A DNA stretch of 63,996 nt, the filler included, from Piptocephalis cylindrospora (Eukaryota): NCBI GenBank assembly GCA_003614145.1. It is 9 parts of 9 records of this genome, joined end to end, with 100 filler letters (N's around TTAATTAATTAA, not from the genome) between each part and the next. Parts side by side here need not be neighbours in the genome. Positions count along the whole stretch, not along the records: positions 1 to 7,137 come from KZ988227.1; positions 7,238 to 14,364 come from KZ988228.1; 7 more parts are not named here. The stretch is one strand, 5' to 3'. Below, piece by piece: positions 1 to 10,699 of this stretch (position 1 is the first letter of the stretch; each line of letters opens with the position of its first letter). The notes beneath the pieces were generated by a model. It worked only from the letters and a program-made list of their open reading frames with translations. It was not told where the DNA came from and searched no databases. Made by a program: the position numbers and the translations under genes.

Positions 1-39
1 AGCGTCATTCTTCCTATCCTCTTTTCTCGCCCTCTTCTT

Positions 40-554
40 TCATCCTCTTCTCTCATCATCATCAACAGTCAGGGTATCATCAGATCTGGGAGTCATGGAT
101 CGGGATCGGTCCATTTCTTCCCCATCCTCCTCTTCCATGATTACACTTCCGAAGCTTACATCACCTTCCCCATAAACCAGGTCAAATACATCTTCAGGCG
201 CCACATTCCGCTCGAAAAAGTCAATCAATGTCCTCTCCAGCTCGGATCGACTTCCTCCGTTTGGGAGATGTAGTTCTCGCGCCAGTTCGCTCAGCTCGGC
301 GCTATTCAACCTAGATAGCGCAAAAGGGGCTTGATTATCCTGTGCCATGGCCTGTAAAAAAAGTGATCTTGGTGGGGCACGAAATGTACGTGATGATGGC
401 ACTGGGATGGGTGATGGGGATCTGGAGGAGGAGGAGGAGGATGGGAAAGATGGGTAGGTTGAATGGTAACTTTGGGTAGATGGAGAGAATGATGGGGAAA
501 AGGGGGAGGGACTTCTACTTTCCCCATTCCCTCCTGGTCTTATATTGGCGCGCA
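40..554 (-). CDS. Small protein with SAP/HeH-like helix-extended-helix motif and acidic tail; start and stop uncertain
   Basis: LSRLNSAELSELARELHLPNGGSRSELERTLIDFF fits the SAP spacing pattern. Possible ATGs are MRANIR and MAQDNQ; TGA at 40-42. Confidence 0.5.
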
Positions 555-1170
555 TGGTGATGAGGAGGAGGTGCTGTGGATGCAAGATAGGATTGAGGTG
601 AGGGTAGAGCAATTAAATGTCTGTGGGGAAGCTTAGGGTTTTATAGACAAGGTCATTGTCAAGGTCTGTCCCGGTCTTGGACATGCACTCATCGTGCATA
701 TGGACGGTATCGAAGAATGTCTGTGGTCTGTGCGGTGCATTGTGTGAGAGATATGGAAAGACGGTGAAGGGAGGTTGAGTTCGCACTGCGTCAGTTGGTG
801 GCCATGATATCACTGCGGTAGAACCACGCTGGTCGGAGATGATCTATTCGGCCTGGTCGGAGATGACACGGTCGGCTCAATTCTAGTCATTGTGATAAAG
901 GATGCATGCACACTGGACAGATGTCTTTCACTGACCAGGTGTACAAATGCGTCCATTATTGAAAGGATCAGGGGACGAGTGATGGATTGATTCATCAACT
1001 CGACACCAAGAATCCACACATTCCTGAAAACATCAAAAGAAGCACTAAAAGGATTGAAAAAGAAAGCAAGGGAATATACTAAAGACGAGAAAAAAAATAG
1101 GGCAGCAACTTGAAGAGAATGCTGACTCATGCAAGTTTCCTCCCTATGACAGAGCGAGAAGAAGAGTCCC

Positions 1171-2628
1171 TCAAAAGAGACTGTTCATCCTGGTGGTCCG
1201 GAGAGAGGGCCCTAGAGAGGCGGAGATGGTAGGGGAGGAGGAATCGGCCAGACTGATGGGAGAAGGGAGGACGGACCCATCATCCTCAGTGGGCTTGACT
1301 ACCGCCTGTCCCTCTCGAATGCCCCTCTTTCCTCCACTGTGGGAGTGGGGGAGGGGTGGGGGGACAGGCGGGATGATCCTAGAATCCCCTTCTCCATTCC
1401 TCTCCCGTAAGGCCGGCATGCTACGCCTCTCACGAAGCCTTTGAAGGTGTTGTTGGTGCTGTCGGGCCTCCCGTCTCCGCGCGACTGCTTGCTGGATGGG
1501 GCTAATGCTTCTGGACATGCGATCCTCGTCTTCGGTCAGGTAGGCAAGGCCTAGAACACCGGTGGGGATAGCAACACCTGAAAGGGGCGATAGTGTGGAG
1601 GGATGAAGGGTCCGATGATCCGAATGAGAAATGGTCAGGGAATTAGGCGAATGCCCTTGACCATGGGAGATCATGGGGACGGCCGTTGGGGAGGGTGAGT
1701 GACCTATCACGACTGTCGGGGAAGAACCTAGGTGATTGGGACTGCGACCCTCGGCCGTCGAAGGTCTCGTGAAACTGGGTGAAGCTGTCCTGGAGGAAGC
1801 GACAGAGGAGACAAAGGAAGATGGGGAAGAGGAGGAGATCATTGCTGGATTGGCGACATTGGATGTGGAGGAAACTGCTGGTAAAGCCGTCCCCCCCTCG
1901 GGAGTCAGGGGACCCAGACGGTGGGATGACAGAGACTTTCGAGAGTAATGAGAATAGTCCAGACGGAGTAGAACGCGGTCCAGGATGTTCCCCGACCGGA
2001 TCTCCCGGCTGGACATGGCCTTTTGGAATCGGAGTTGCCACTCTTCCACCAGTGCTGCATCATCCGATCCCAAGTGAACCTCTCGAATCCGATTGCTAGA
2101 TCTGCAGGTGGAAGGCAAGACCAAGCTGGCCGCCAGATCTCCTGAGGAAGGGGCCGAGGAGGACATGGGATGGAGGAGGTGAGGGTTGGATGGAATAGGC
2201 CCTGTGGTAGAAGGGACAAACTGAAGGATGTGGATGGGTCGAGGGGTGCTAGAGGAGGATGGGCTTAGCGTAGCCAGGACAATGCTAGCGGACCTACCCA
2301 TCCTGCTCCGTGCCTTGCTAGGACTTGGCTCGGAGTAGGTGTAGGAAAGGGAAGTGTTGTAGTTGTAGGTGTAGTTGGTGTTGGCCACCCTACTCGACAC
2401 CGTCCCATCCTGGTCAGCCTCATCACCCTGTCCGGTGCGTTGGATAGACTCGTAATCTCCGAGAGAAAAGGCGTACAAGGGAGGATCCTCAGCGGGGTTT
2501 GAATTGACCCTGTAGATGTAGAGGGTCTGAGCACGCAGGAGCACAAGTCGGCGTTTCCAGCCCTGCTTGGGCAGGAGGGAAGATCGACGGGGCAGAAGAA
2601 CAGAGAGGACGGAGGAGGCTTCGGACAT
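1171..2628 (-). CDS. PH-domain protein, 485 aa, with S/P-rich tail
   Basis: Long intronless ORF. WKRRLVLLRAQTLYIY matches PH strands 2-3 and HLGSDDAALVEEWQLRFQKAM matches the PH C-terminal helix with conserved Trp. Confidence 0.75.
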   Translation of the reverse strand: MSEASSVLSVLLPRRSSLLPKQGWKRRLVLLRAQTLYIYRVNSNPAEDPPLYAFSLGDYESIQRTGQGDEADQDGTVSSRVANTNYTYNYNTSLSYTYSEPSPSKARSRMGRSASIVLATLSPSSSSTPRPIHILQFVPSTTGPIPSNPHLLHPMSSSAPSSGDLAASLVLPSTCRSSNRIREVHLGSDDAALVEEWQLRFQKAMSSREIRSGNILDRVLLRLDYSHYSRKSLSSHRLGPLTPEGGTALPAVSSTSNVANPAMISSSSPSSFVSSVASSRTASPSFTRPSTAEGRSPNHLGSSPTVVIGHSPSPTAVPMISHGQGHSPNSLTISHSDHRTLHPSTLSPLSGVAIPTGVLGLAYLTEDEDRMSRSISPIQQAVARRREARQHQQHLQRLRERRSMPALRERNGEGDSRIIPPVPPPLPHSHSGGKRGIREGQAVVKPTEDDGSVLPSPISLADSSSPTISASLGPSLRTTRMNSLF

Positions 2629-3202
2629 TGGGCTGTCTTCTGTGGGGGTAGGCAGGAAAAAGATGGGTGGGGAAAGTCTATGGAAGGGGAAGTGTATGGG
2701 AGTGAGGGATGGGAGTGGGAGAAAGGAAGGGAAAGGAGAGGGGCGTGGGTCACTTGGCGTTCAAAGGTGAAATGGATGAGTGAGCTCCGCCAGGCAAGAT
2801 CAATGAAGCTTTCACCAAGCTGAATAGACCGTTATATGAAATGAAATAGAATGGCGGTGATGACCATCTCTGGAAGAAAGTATCCTCTTGTGCTCGCTGC
2901 AGCTTTTTTCTAGTTCAGAATGGATGAATAAAAGAGGATGAATGGTCTCATTCACCTATTTAGTCATGAAGATTCACAAGATAACCATGTGACAACATGC
3001 TTCTTGGATCCAATATCTCCATGGATTCATGGCCTACTGCATGGATATCAGATGAGCTAAGTATACAAAATCCAATATACACCGCATCGTACCATTTCCT
3101 TTAGGGGTATATTTGGGCAAAACGCCACATCTTGATCAGGACGTTTCGTCTCCCACAGCAGGCCCCTTTTCTTTGATTCCTTCTACTTACCTCTACATAT
3201 CA

Positions 3203-4524
3203 ATGCCCAAGGACCCTTCCGAGCTATTGGCTAGCTACATGCTTCAGGGTTGGGTGGGTGCTTCTGATGCAATGTCTGGTCGTGTCTCTCTTCCGAGGTT
3301 CCCTGTACTGATCCTATCCACCCTCTCCCTTCCTGAAATAGAGCATGATGGCGGATCATTGCACCAACCAAGGACATTCCATTCCCAAGATGAAGCCACG
3401 AGGAGGTAAAGAAACCTTTTGCGTAATCTGTGATGCCCAGGGATTGAAGGGAAGTATTTCCGAGAACCAAGATGTCCGTAAAGCGGTTAAGACAGAGGAG
3501 CCCGCCGAGGCTCCCAGCCAGGGACAGATCCAACCTCAAAGCGCTAGAAAAGCCAGAGAAGACAGGAGAGATCTTTCCTCTTCGCTCGTCGGTCAGCATC
3601 TCCTGCAAGGCTGGGTTTTGCTGGCCGAGTCCTGTGAGAAGCCATCTTGCTTCCTGGTAGGTGAATTGGATCGTTGCGTGTAGGAGACATAACAACACAG
3701 CTACCCTAACGCTTTATTTTCCTAGACACCCATGATGCAGGATCATCAAGGAAGGACTTTGTGTGTTCTTTGTCAACATGACGAAGAGCATGGCTCCTCT
3801 ATCCAGGGTGAGGGTTCTAAAAGTATTCCCACCCCATCAGCAGCCCTTTCTTCTCAACAAGAGATTCAAGATAAGGGGGAAGACAAGGAAAGACGTCAAA
3901 TTCAAAGAGATATGTGCACGTCAAGGATTGGTCAACACCTCCTCCAAGGCTGGACCCTCCTGGACACGCTGTGTCCCAATGATGAGTGTCACGGGGTAAG
4001 CTTTACTGGGATGAGGGGCTGAGAAGAGGATCTTTCCCCATCCGCATAGTAGACTCATTCAAAATCTCCCGCCTCATGACTTTTAGGTCCCATTGATCAG
4101 GGAACCTACGGGGAAGGAATGTCTGTGTGTTGTGTGCTCCGGCAAGTACCTTCGTGAGGCTGACATGAGCAAGGATGAGAGAGCCAAAGCCCGGGAGGAT
4201 GTGGTTAGGACTGAGCAGGAGAGGCATACCAAGGAGGAGGTCTCTCATGTAGCTGCTCCGCCGGAAGAGAGGGTACCTAGGGCAACCACCTCTCTCTCTC
4301 CATCACAGGCATCATGCAGCAAGCCAGTGACGAGCCCACTATCGGAACCAGGGCATCATTTGGTCCCCCCCAAGACCTTGCAGGTCTTATCTCGTCAAAT
4401 GAGCATGCTCACAGAGCAGCTGGACGCCATGCCCTCCATGGCCTCCCCTGAGGAGGTGACCCGGAGGGTCCAGGCCGTTGAAGCATGTGCTCGTGCCATC
4501 AGGGCCTGTCAGGACATTTTGTAG
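3203..4524 (+). CDS. Autoantigen p27 (SSSCA1/ZNRD2) family Zn-ribbon protein with three repeats; 4 exons
   Basis: Exons 3203-3253, 3342-3656, 3726-3995 and 4087-4524 join in frame via GT-AG introns. Three LQGW-x(6)-C...P...CxxC units, then a C-terminal helical segment (VQAVEACARAIRAC). Confidence 0.85.
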
Positions 4525-5157
4525 GAAGCAGAATGATGGAACGTATCCTCTTCCATTCTCATATCCTTTGAGGGGGTGATTCTTTGAATACACATGATTT
4601 CCTTCATCATTACCTCAATGTCCATTGCCCTATCCAAAAGACGGGGATGAAAGGATCAACGGCAACCTGCTCAGTGTACTCACTTTCTCAAGAATCTCAT
4701 CCCCTGAAGAGGACCCAGTTCACACATGCTGGCTCTCGACCAATTGGCTGATCAAAATGTCATCCTCCAATGCGTAGGCTCCGACATCTCGTGTCGACTC
4801 CGCCCCTGGAATTCTTAGATCTTCGCTACGGGATGGACAGGACAAATCTGACCCATGATATGTGTTCAATGGCAATAGGCCTTAACTGATTTTTGTGGGG
4901 ATGCACATCTGCCCACTCCCCAAGGAAGACATGATGGTTATGACGTTAGCATACTATGATGAGTGGAATATATTTAAGTTTCTTTTCTCAGAGGACAACG
5001 ACCTTAAGTAGAGGACCTTATTTTCAACCTCGGGTTTACTTTCGTCCATTACCATCCTCTCTCTTCTTTTCTTTTTTCTTCTCCTTTCTTCTTTCCTTTC
5101 TCTCCATTACTTTTCACCTCACCCCCCACTCGAATCCCCCCAATACAGAGTATCAAC

Positions 5158-5775
5158 ATGACTTGTGAAAAGAACGGATTTAGGCCTTGGATGCTTGGAT
5201 TTCCAGGAATGCTTCTGTACAAGAGCGGCTGGTGTCCCATCCGATCAGCTAAAAACCTTATTAAAAGGAACAAGGATACGGAGAAGGATACGAATAGCAT
5301 CCTCTCCCAGGATACCTTGATGGATTCAGTTACTGATGGGGAAAAGGAAATGGAAAGCGGCACCTCGTGTCAACAGCACGAAGCTCTCCTTGATAGTCTG
5401 GATCAGCTGATGGGAGGCGAGGAGGCAAAAGAGAGGGAGGAGGGCGGAAATCGATTCATGTCCGAAGTGCTTAGTTACATGAACACCAAGGAATCTATAC
5501 TCTGTCCTCATCTTGAAGCCAATGGTAGGGACAAAGGAAAAGAGCTGTCTGAGGAGATGATACTGAGTCATCAGACCCTTCGAAAGGTGATTTCCTCAAT
5601 TCCAAAGGAGAATTGGCTCCAGGACCAGATGGATACTCTGACCGAGGCCGGCCAAGAGTTCCTTTCTCAAGACAGTGTGCAGTGGAAGAGTATCTTTGAG
5701 TACTTTGCACAAGTGATGGACCCAGCCAAGGTGGAGTTGGTAGAACAGGAGCTCCTGTCTTCCCTTAATCCATAG
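5158..5775 (+). CDS. Degenerate hemerythrin/HHE-like helical protein, 205 aa
   Basis: Intronless ORF after a pyrimidine-rich leader. HEALL...NRFMSEV..YMNTKESILCPHLE...GKELSEEMILSHQTLRK follows the fungal HHE-domain pattern as I recall it. Confidence 0.55.
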   Translation: MTCEKNGFRPWMLGFPGMLLYKSGWCPIRSAKNLIKRNKDTEKDTNSILSQDTLMDSVTDGEKEMESGTSCQQHEALLDSLDQLMGGEEAKEREEGGNRFMSEVLSYMNTKESILCPHLEANGRDKGKELSEEMILSHQTLRKVISSIPKENWLQDQMDTLTEAGQEFLSQDSVQWKSIFEYFAQVMDPAKVELVEQELLSSLNP

Positions 5776-7137
5776 GTTATCTAGGTAGAGCTTGAGATAT
5801 ACTGACGGAGCCCTGCTGTATGGTCTATATTTGAATAAACATCTATAGATTACGCATGGATGTTAAGTTCATGAGATTCTATTTATGGATGATTGGTGCA
5901 TATGGGATATCCAAATAGATGGTGATGTCTCTGTGAGATGACTAGCCTTTATTGATTGATCAACAGTGAAGTATAGCCTAGTAAAGTTGCCACTCTCCTG
6001 TACACTTTCGAATGATATATCATACTAGATTCCTAATAGATAGGAAGTGTTTTTTTCAGCAGTATAACAACAAGAAAGCGTCATGGCTATATCGATGTGC
6101 TCTCGACCTTCCTCTCCTTACTACCAATGATAAAGGGCCGAACGTATGCACCAGGCATAATCGTCTCATCTTTCTGTCCTCCATCGGCGAATGTAGAGGC
6201 TTGAGAGGATGGGGACACATAAACACATGCACATCACTTTGTCTCACCCTCGATCCTTGTATGTCTCGGCTTTGTTCCGCCTTGCGCTTTTCATGAAGGC
6301 TTACTGGCCTGATTCATTGACCATCACCACTCTATCCGATCCTGCCTAATGACCACCATTGCCACCGCCACTGATCTCCCTTCCCGCTGACCAAGGCCCA
6401 GTATCCCCCCTCCCCCTCGTTGCCTTCATTCATTCTCCATCATCAGCAGCAGTGGATGGGAAGTTGGTGGCAGGGGCCGACAAAGTGTGCTCAATCTCAG
6501 AGACAGTGGCTCAATCTTATTGGAGGGACTATTGATGGCGGAGTTTCCACGGTCGGAGTTTCGGCTTTGCCCTTCAAGGTCTATCCTCTTGTCGTCTGCG
6601 GTCTATCCGCCTCCCCTTACCTCTGTCCCTCCCCACTTGCTGCCCCCTTCATTCACCCAGATTTCATCCATAGCCCCTAGTCCATGAGCATCTACGCCCA
6701 CTCCCTCATGCACATAGACGGGTACACACACACAAACGCTTCGCCTCCCCTCCTTCTATTGAAGGCATGGCACTTTTCCCGTTCTTGCTAGCCGTGTATG
6801 CCTTGAGATGCTCTCACGACGAAAAAAAGGCCTATTTAGTCGGTATAGCTTGAACTTCCTGGAACGAGTCTTTTCCTGTCCATACTTGTCTCCTTCCCCC
6901 CTTCCCCGTTTCCCTTCCTCCTCTTTTCGTATCCTCCTTCCCCATCTCCGTTCATCTGCCTTAGAGTCCGCCTCGCTCGTTCCTCGCCCCTTCTCTTCCC
7001 TCTTTTCAGGGATCTATACCACCTCTCAACCTTTTTTTGACCACTCTACCGAAGCAGTGCTTCTTGGTGACATCTCTCTTTCTCCCCCCCTCGGGAGTCA
7101 GGGGACCCAGACGGTGGGATGACAGAGACTTTCGAGA

Positions 7138-7237
7138 NNNNNNNNNNNNNNNNNNNNNNNNNNNNNNNNNNNNNNNNNNNNTTAATTAATTAANNNNNNN
7201 NNNNNNNNNNNNNNNNNNNNNNNNNNNNNNNNNNNNN
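7138..7237. other. Artificial contig linker N44-TTAATTAATTAA-N44
   Basis: Identical 100-bp spacer with six-frame stops, occurring eight times in the window. Confidence 0.99.
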
Positions 7238-7239
7238 CC

Positions 7240-7384
7240 GCCATATTTGATATATATTTTTTCTTGCAAAATTGGCATATATTTTAAAATAGAGCCCATA
7301 CAGTGTGAGTGGAACCCACATAAGAGATCATTGAGATGCCATATTTGATATATATTTTTTTTTGCAAAACATATTTGATATATA
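7240..7384 (+). repeat. AT-rich 32-bp direct repeat, two full copies plus one partial
   Basis: GCCATATTTGATATATATTTTTT(C/T)TTGCAAAA at 7240-7271 and 7338-7369 (31/32 identical); partial CATATTTGATATATA at 7370-7384. Confidence 0.9.
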
Positions 7385-7444
7385 AGCAGGCTTATTCCAT
7401 TTACTAATGATATCAAGTAAAAATACAAAATTCCAAAATTTATC

Positions 7445-7516
7445 GGCCCGATGGTCTAGTAGTATGATTCTCGCTTAGGGTGCGAGAGGTCCCGGGTTCA
7501 ATTCCCGGTCGGGCCC
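7445..7516 (+). tRNA. tRNA-Pro(AGG), intronless
   Basis: 72-nt cloverleaf: acceptor GGCCCGA/TCGGGCC, anticodon arm CTCGC-TTAGGGT-GCGAG, T arm CCGGG-TTCAATT-CCCGG. Confidence 0.95.
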
Positions 7517-7522
7517 TTTTTT
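7517..7522 (+). terminator. RNA polymerase III terminator (T6)
   Basis: TTTTTT immediately after the tRNA 3' end. Confidence 0.85.
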
Positions 7523-7645
7523 CTGCCGTATCACGGTTTCTTTTATCAATAAAAGATATATTTCTTTTCATAAAAAATAGGTAACAATAAAAAGAGCATT
7601 CTATTCTCTCAAATTTGCCACTACTACCAGCCCGCATTTGCCCAT

Positions 7646-10600
7646 CTAAAACATATCCGCTAGGGACTGCGGCTTTTGCTCCGTCGATTCCTCCATCGTA
7701 TCTTCGGTCACTGCCTGCCGCCGAGCAAGGGAGGCCAGGTACTGGATGGCATAGGTGTTTTCATTGCACACCTTTCCCAGATGTTCGTGCTGGTTGGCAA
7801 TGGCCTTCCGGACCGCGCGCAGGGAGGGCTTTAGAGTAGCCGTATTCTGTCGTACCCATTCCCCATGGTATCCGAGGATGGCCTCGATCCACTTGAGGTG
7901 AAACTCAATGTGCGGGGTCTTTTCCGTTTCGGCCGCTACAAAGATAAGGACACGGTTGAGGTACCGAGTGGGCATGGGTCGAACTACCAGAGCAACATCG
8001 TCGGGTGGAGTCGCCTCGTAGCATTGCCGAAGCAAGGCCTCTTCCCCAAGTCGTACGGCCATTACCACCGCCCGAAGATGTTCTCCTTGCGCTGAGGCCT
8101 CACGAGTCGACTCGGGCGTCAAGTCTAGGTCCAGCTCAAAAGGATCAAATTGTACCGTGTCATCCAATGTATAGATCACCAGACCTTCCGTGGCAGCCCC
8201 AGCCCAGGAACGTCCTGTCGGGGAAAACCGAACACACCGGGTCCGGATCTCCGGACGTACCCTCCGCAAGGATAGGTCACCCTTACGGACCCCAGGAAGA
8301 CCCTGATCCAACCGGTCTTTAAGTTCACCTTCATCCTCAGCCGCATCTACGTCAAGTAGTTCCATGGGCCCGGCCTCAGTCATCCTCCGAGAATCCAACA
8401 TCTCCAGGGCCCCGTCGTACGAGAGATTGGAGCTCACCGTCCACTTTCGTAGTAGAATCTTGGCATGGATAGAGTAAAGGCACACATATTTACTGTTCCC
8501 TCCACCCAAGATGCACTTTCCATCGGCCGAGTAGGCGATGCTGTTGAAGGCCTTACCGCTCGTTGAGTTCTCCGCCGTCACTCGGTCCTCCAACTTCCGG
8601 CCCCCGGCAATGTCCTTCCGACCATCCAACAGCCCAGTTTCCTTAGCCTCGGCAATGTCCCAGAGAATAATGTCGCCCTTGAGGGTTGAAGCTGCCAACT
8701 CCTTCCCATCTGGGCGGATAGCTAGGGCAAGCACTTCGGCCGTATGCTCCAAGCGCTCTACCTTTTTTCCCCTTCCAAACACATCCCAGGTCCGGACCGT
8801 TCGATCCCATGACCCGGATACCAGCATCAACGGATCCATCGAGGGTGAAAAGGCAAGGCAACTAATGGGGCCCTCGTGACCAGCTAGGACATCCAGGACC
8901 TTACCAGTCTGCATACTCCACACGTAGATCTCAAAGGTGTCCCGGGACCCTGCGCATACCAAGTCTCCGCTGGCATCGACGGCCAGGGAGCCAAACTGAA
9001 CAGGCTGTGGGGACATGAGTGTCCGGAAATTCCGGTACCGCGTCAAGTCATGAGCTCGAACCGTTCCGTCCAAGGAGGCTGACACCAGAACCTGGCCTTG
9101 CTTGGTGAACTCGAGAGCCGTGACCCCGGCCGTGTGTTCAGAAAATGTGACAAGGCAAAAACTCGTAGCCACCACCCATACCTTAACCTTCCCATCTTCC
9201 CCTCCCGTGGCCAGGTACTGCCCATCGGGAGAGTAGGCTAGGCAGGCCATATCGTGATAGTGTCCCTGTTGCTTCAGGACATAGGATTCAGATTGCCACT
9301 CCCACACGAGGAGTTGACCAAGCTTGGAGGAGCCTAGGGCCAACCATTCCCCAGACTGATTAATCGTCACAGTGTCAATTCCATGCTGGGAGATACTAAG
9401 AGTGTGGATATTGGTGAAATGCGGCAGCTCCCAGATCCCAAAGATGCCTGTGGTAAAGCCAGCAAGCAGGAGGTTGGATTCCGGGTGGAAGGCCGCACAT
9501 ACAACTTTGGCGTTCGGTTGGGAAAAGTAGTGTCTGTGGAGGATGTACCATTGCTTTTGTTTCCGCCCCACCAAGGCTTTCCCCTCTGTGTCGGTGTACA
9601 CTGCTGTCGGAAGGCTGGAGGCAGCGGTAGTGATGCCCATTCCCTCATCGGCCTCATCCTCATCCTCCTGAGAATCCTTCTTGGGTCCTGGGCCCCCTGG
9701 ACAATGCCACACAAAGACGGAGCCATCTCGGGACACAGTATAGATATTCGTGGCATCAGCGGAAAAAAACGCAGAGACAAGGACATCTCGGTGACCCGAT
9801 AGCGTCACAGCCCCGTAATCCTCCAGCGTATGGAGAGAATAGACACGACAGGTCATGTCCGAGGACGTTGTTAGGAAGTACTGGGAGTCTGGAGACCAGG
9901 CGATGGTGGTAACCGTATCGTAATGCCCTGTGTACTTGCGATAGAGAACAAATGGAGCAAACTCTCGGTTGAATCCAGGAGCGTGCCATATTTCAATAAT
10001 TTTTTCATGAGTAACGGCCAGGTACCTTTTAGGGAAGGAGCGAAAGATTAGGAAGATGCATCACCATTCGTCCTCAATGAACCCATGCCCAATCATCCCA
10101 AAATCGCCCATGACCCCTAATCAACTCACCTTCCATCTGGACTAAATTGCAAATCATTGATCTTGGTATGAAAATTAAAATGATGTAGGACAATACGGCG
10201 ACGGTAATTAACCAAGAGGGCACGGCCATCTACACAGGTGGGAAGTGTTAAATATTACTTTGCTCATAAAAGAAAATGAAGCTACCTAATGCAAACGCAA
10301 TCCTCACCCTACTCACCCTCATCGACCGTGACAAGTAGATCAGCGGCCGGAGATAGTGCCATCCGAGCAATATTTCGCTTATTCTCAAAGGGAAATGTCT
10401 CCGAGGTATTTCTATCCGATAGGCAGCGAAAAAGTAAGTTCGAGAGACAAGAAGGTAGACTCATCGTCCTTTCTTCGCTGTCTCCATCACATACTTGACC
10501 AAGTCATAGAGGGATACGCGGTTCCCTACAGGGCTGAGCAGGGAGTTTCCATCGGGGGTGAAGAGGAGATTCCCCTGTCGGTACACTGTCCCACACAGAT

Positions 10601-10699
10601 TGGAAAACTAGTAATAAACGCGCGAGATCAGTCGTGACCCCTTGTGCCTTTGGTACAACACGACGGACAAAAATATCTTACCTGAAAGTTTGTCCTCAT
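7646..10699 (-). CDS. PWP2: Periodic tryptophan protein 2 (Utp1), SSU processome WD40 protein; multi-exon
   Basis: Exon 1 MRTNFQ splices to FSNLCGTVYRQGNLLFTPDGNSLLSPVGNRV. Signatures LGQLLVWEWQSESYVLKQQGH, RYRNFRT and FDPFELDLDLTP in the large terminal exon. Confidence 0.95.

Noticed and set aside
40..42. TGA as possible selenocysteine codon
   Set aside because: It sits in a low-complexity acidic/basic tract with no redox motif or selenoprotein similarity.
6000..7082. Short ORFs near the end of the first contig
   Set aside because: No recognisable homology; the purine-rich minus strand might be a terminal exon but cannot be supported, and it abuts a suspected chimeric junction.
7182..7193. 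TTAATTAATTAA palindrome recurring every ~7.1 kb
   Set aside because: Always embedded in N44 flanks; it is a synthetic six-frame stop linker.
7240..7369. Repeat-spacer-repeat resembling a CRISPR array
   Set aside because: Only two full copies with a 66-bp spacer, low complexity, eukaryotic context and no cas genes.
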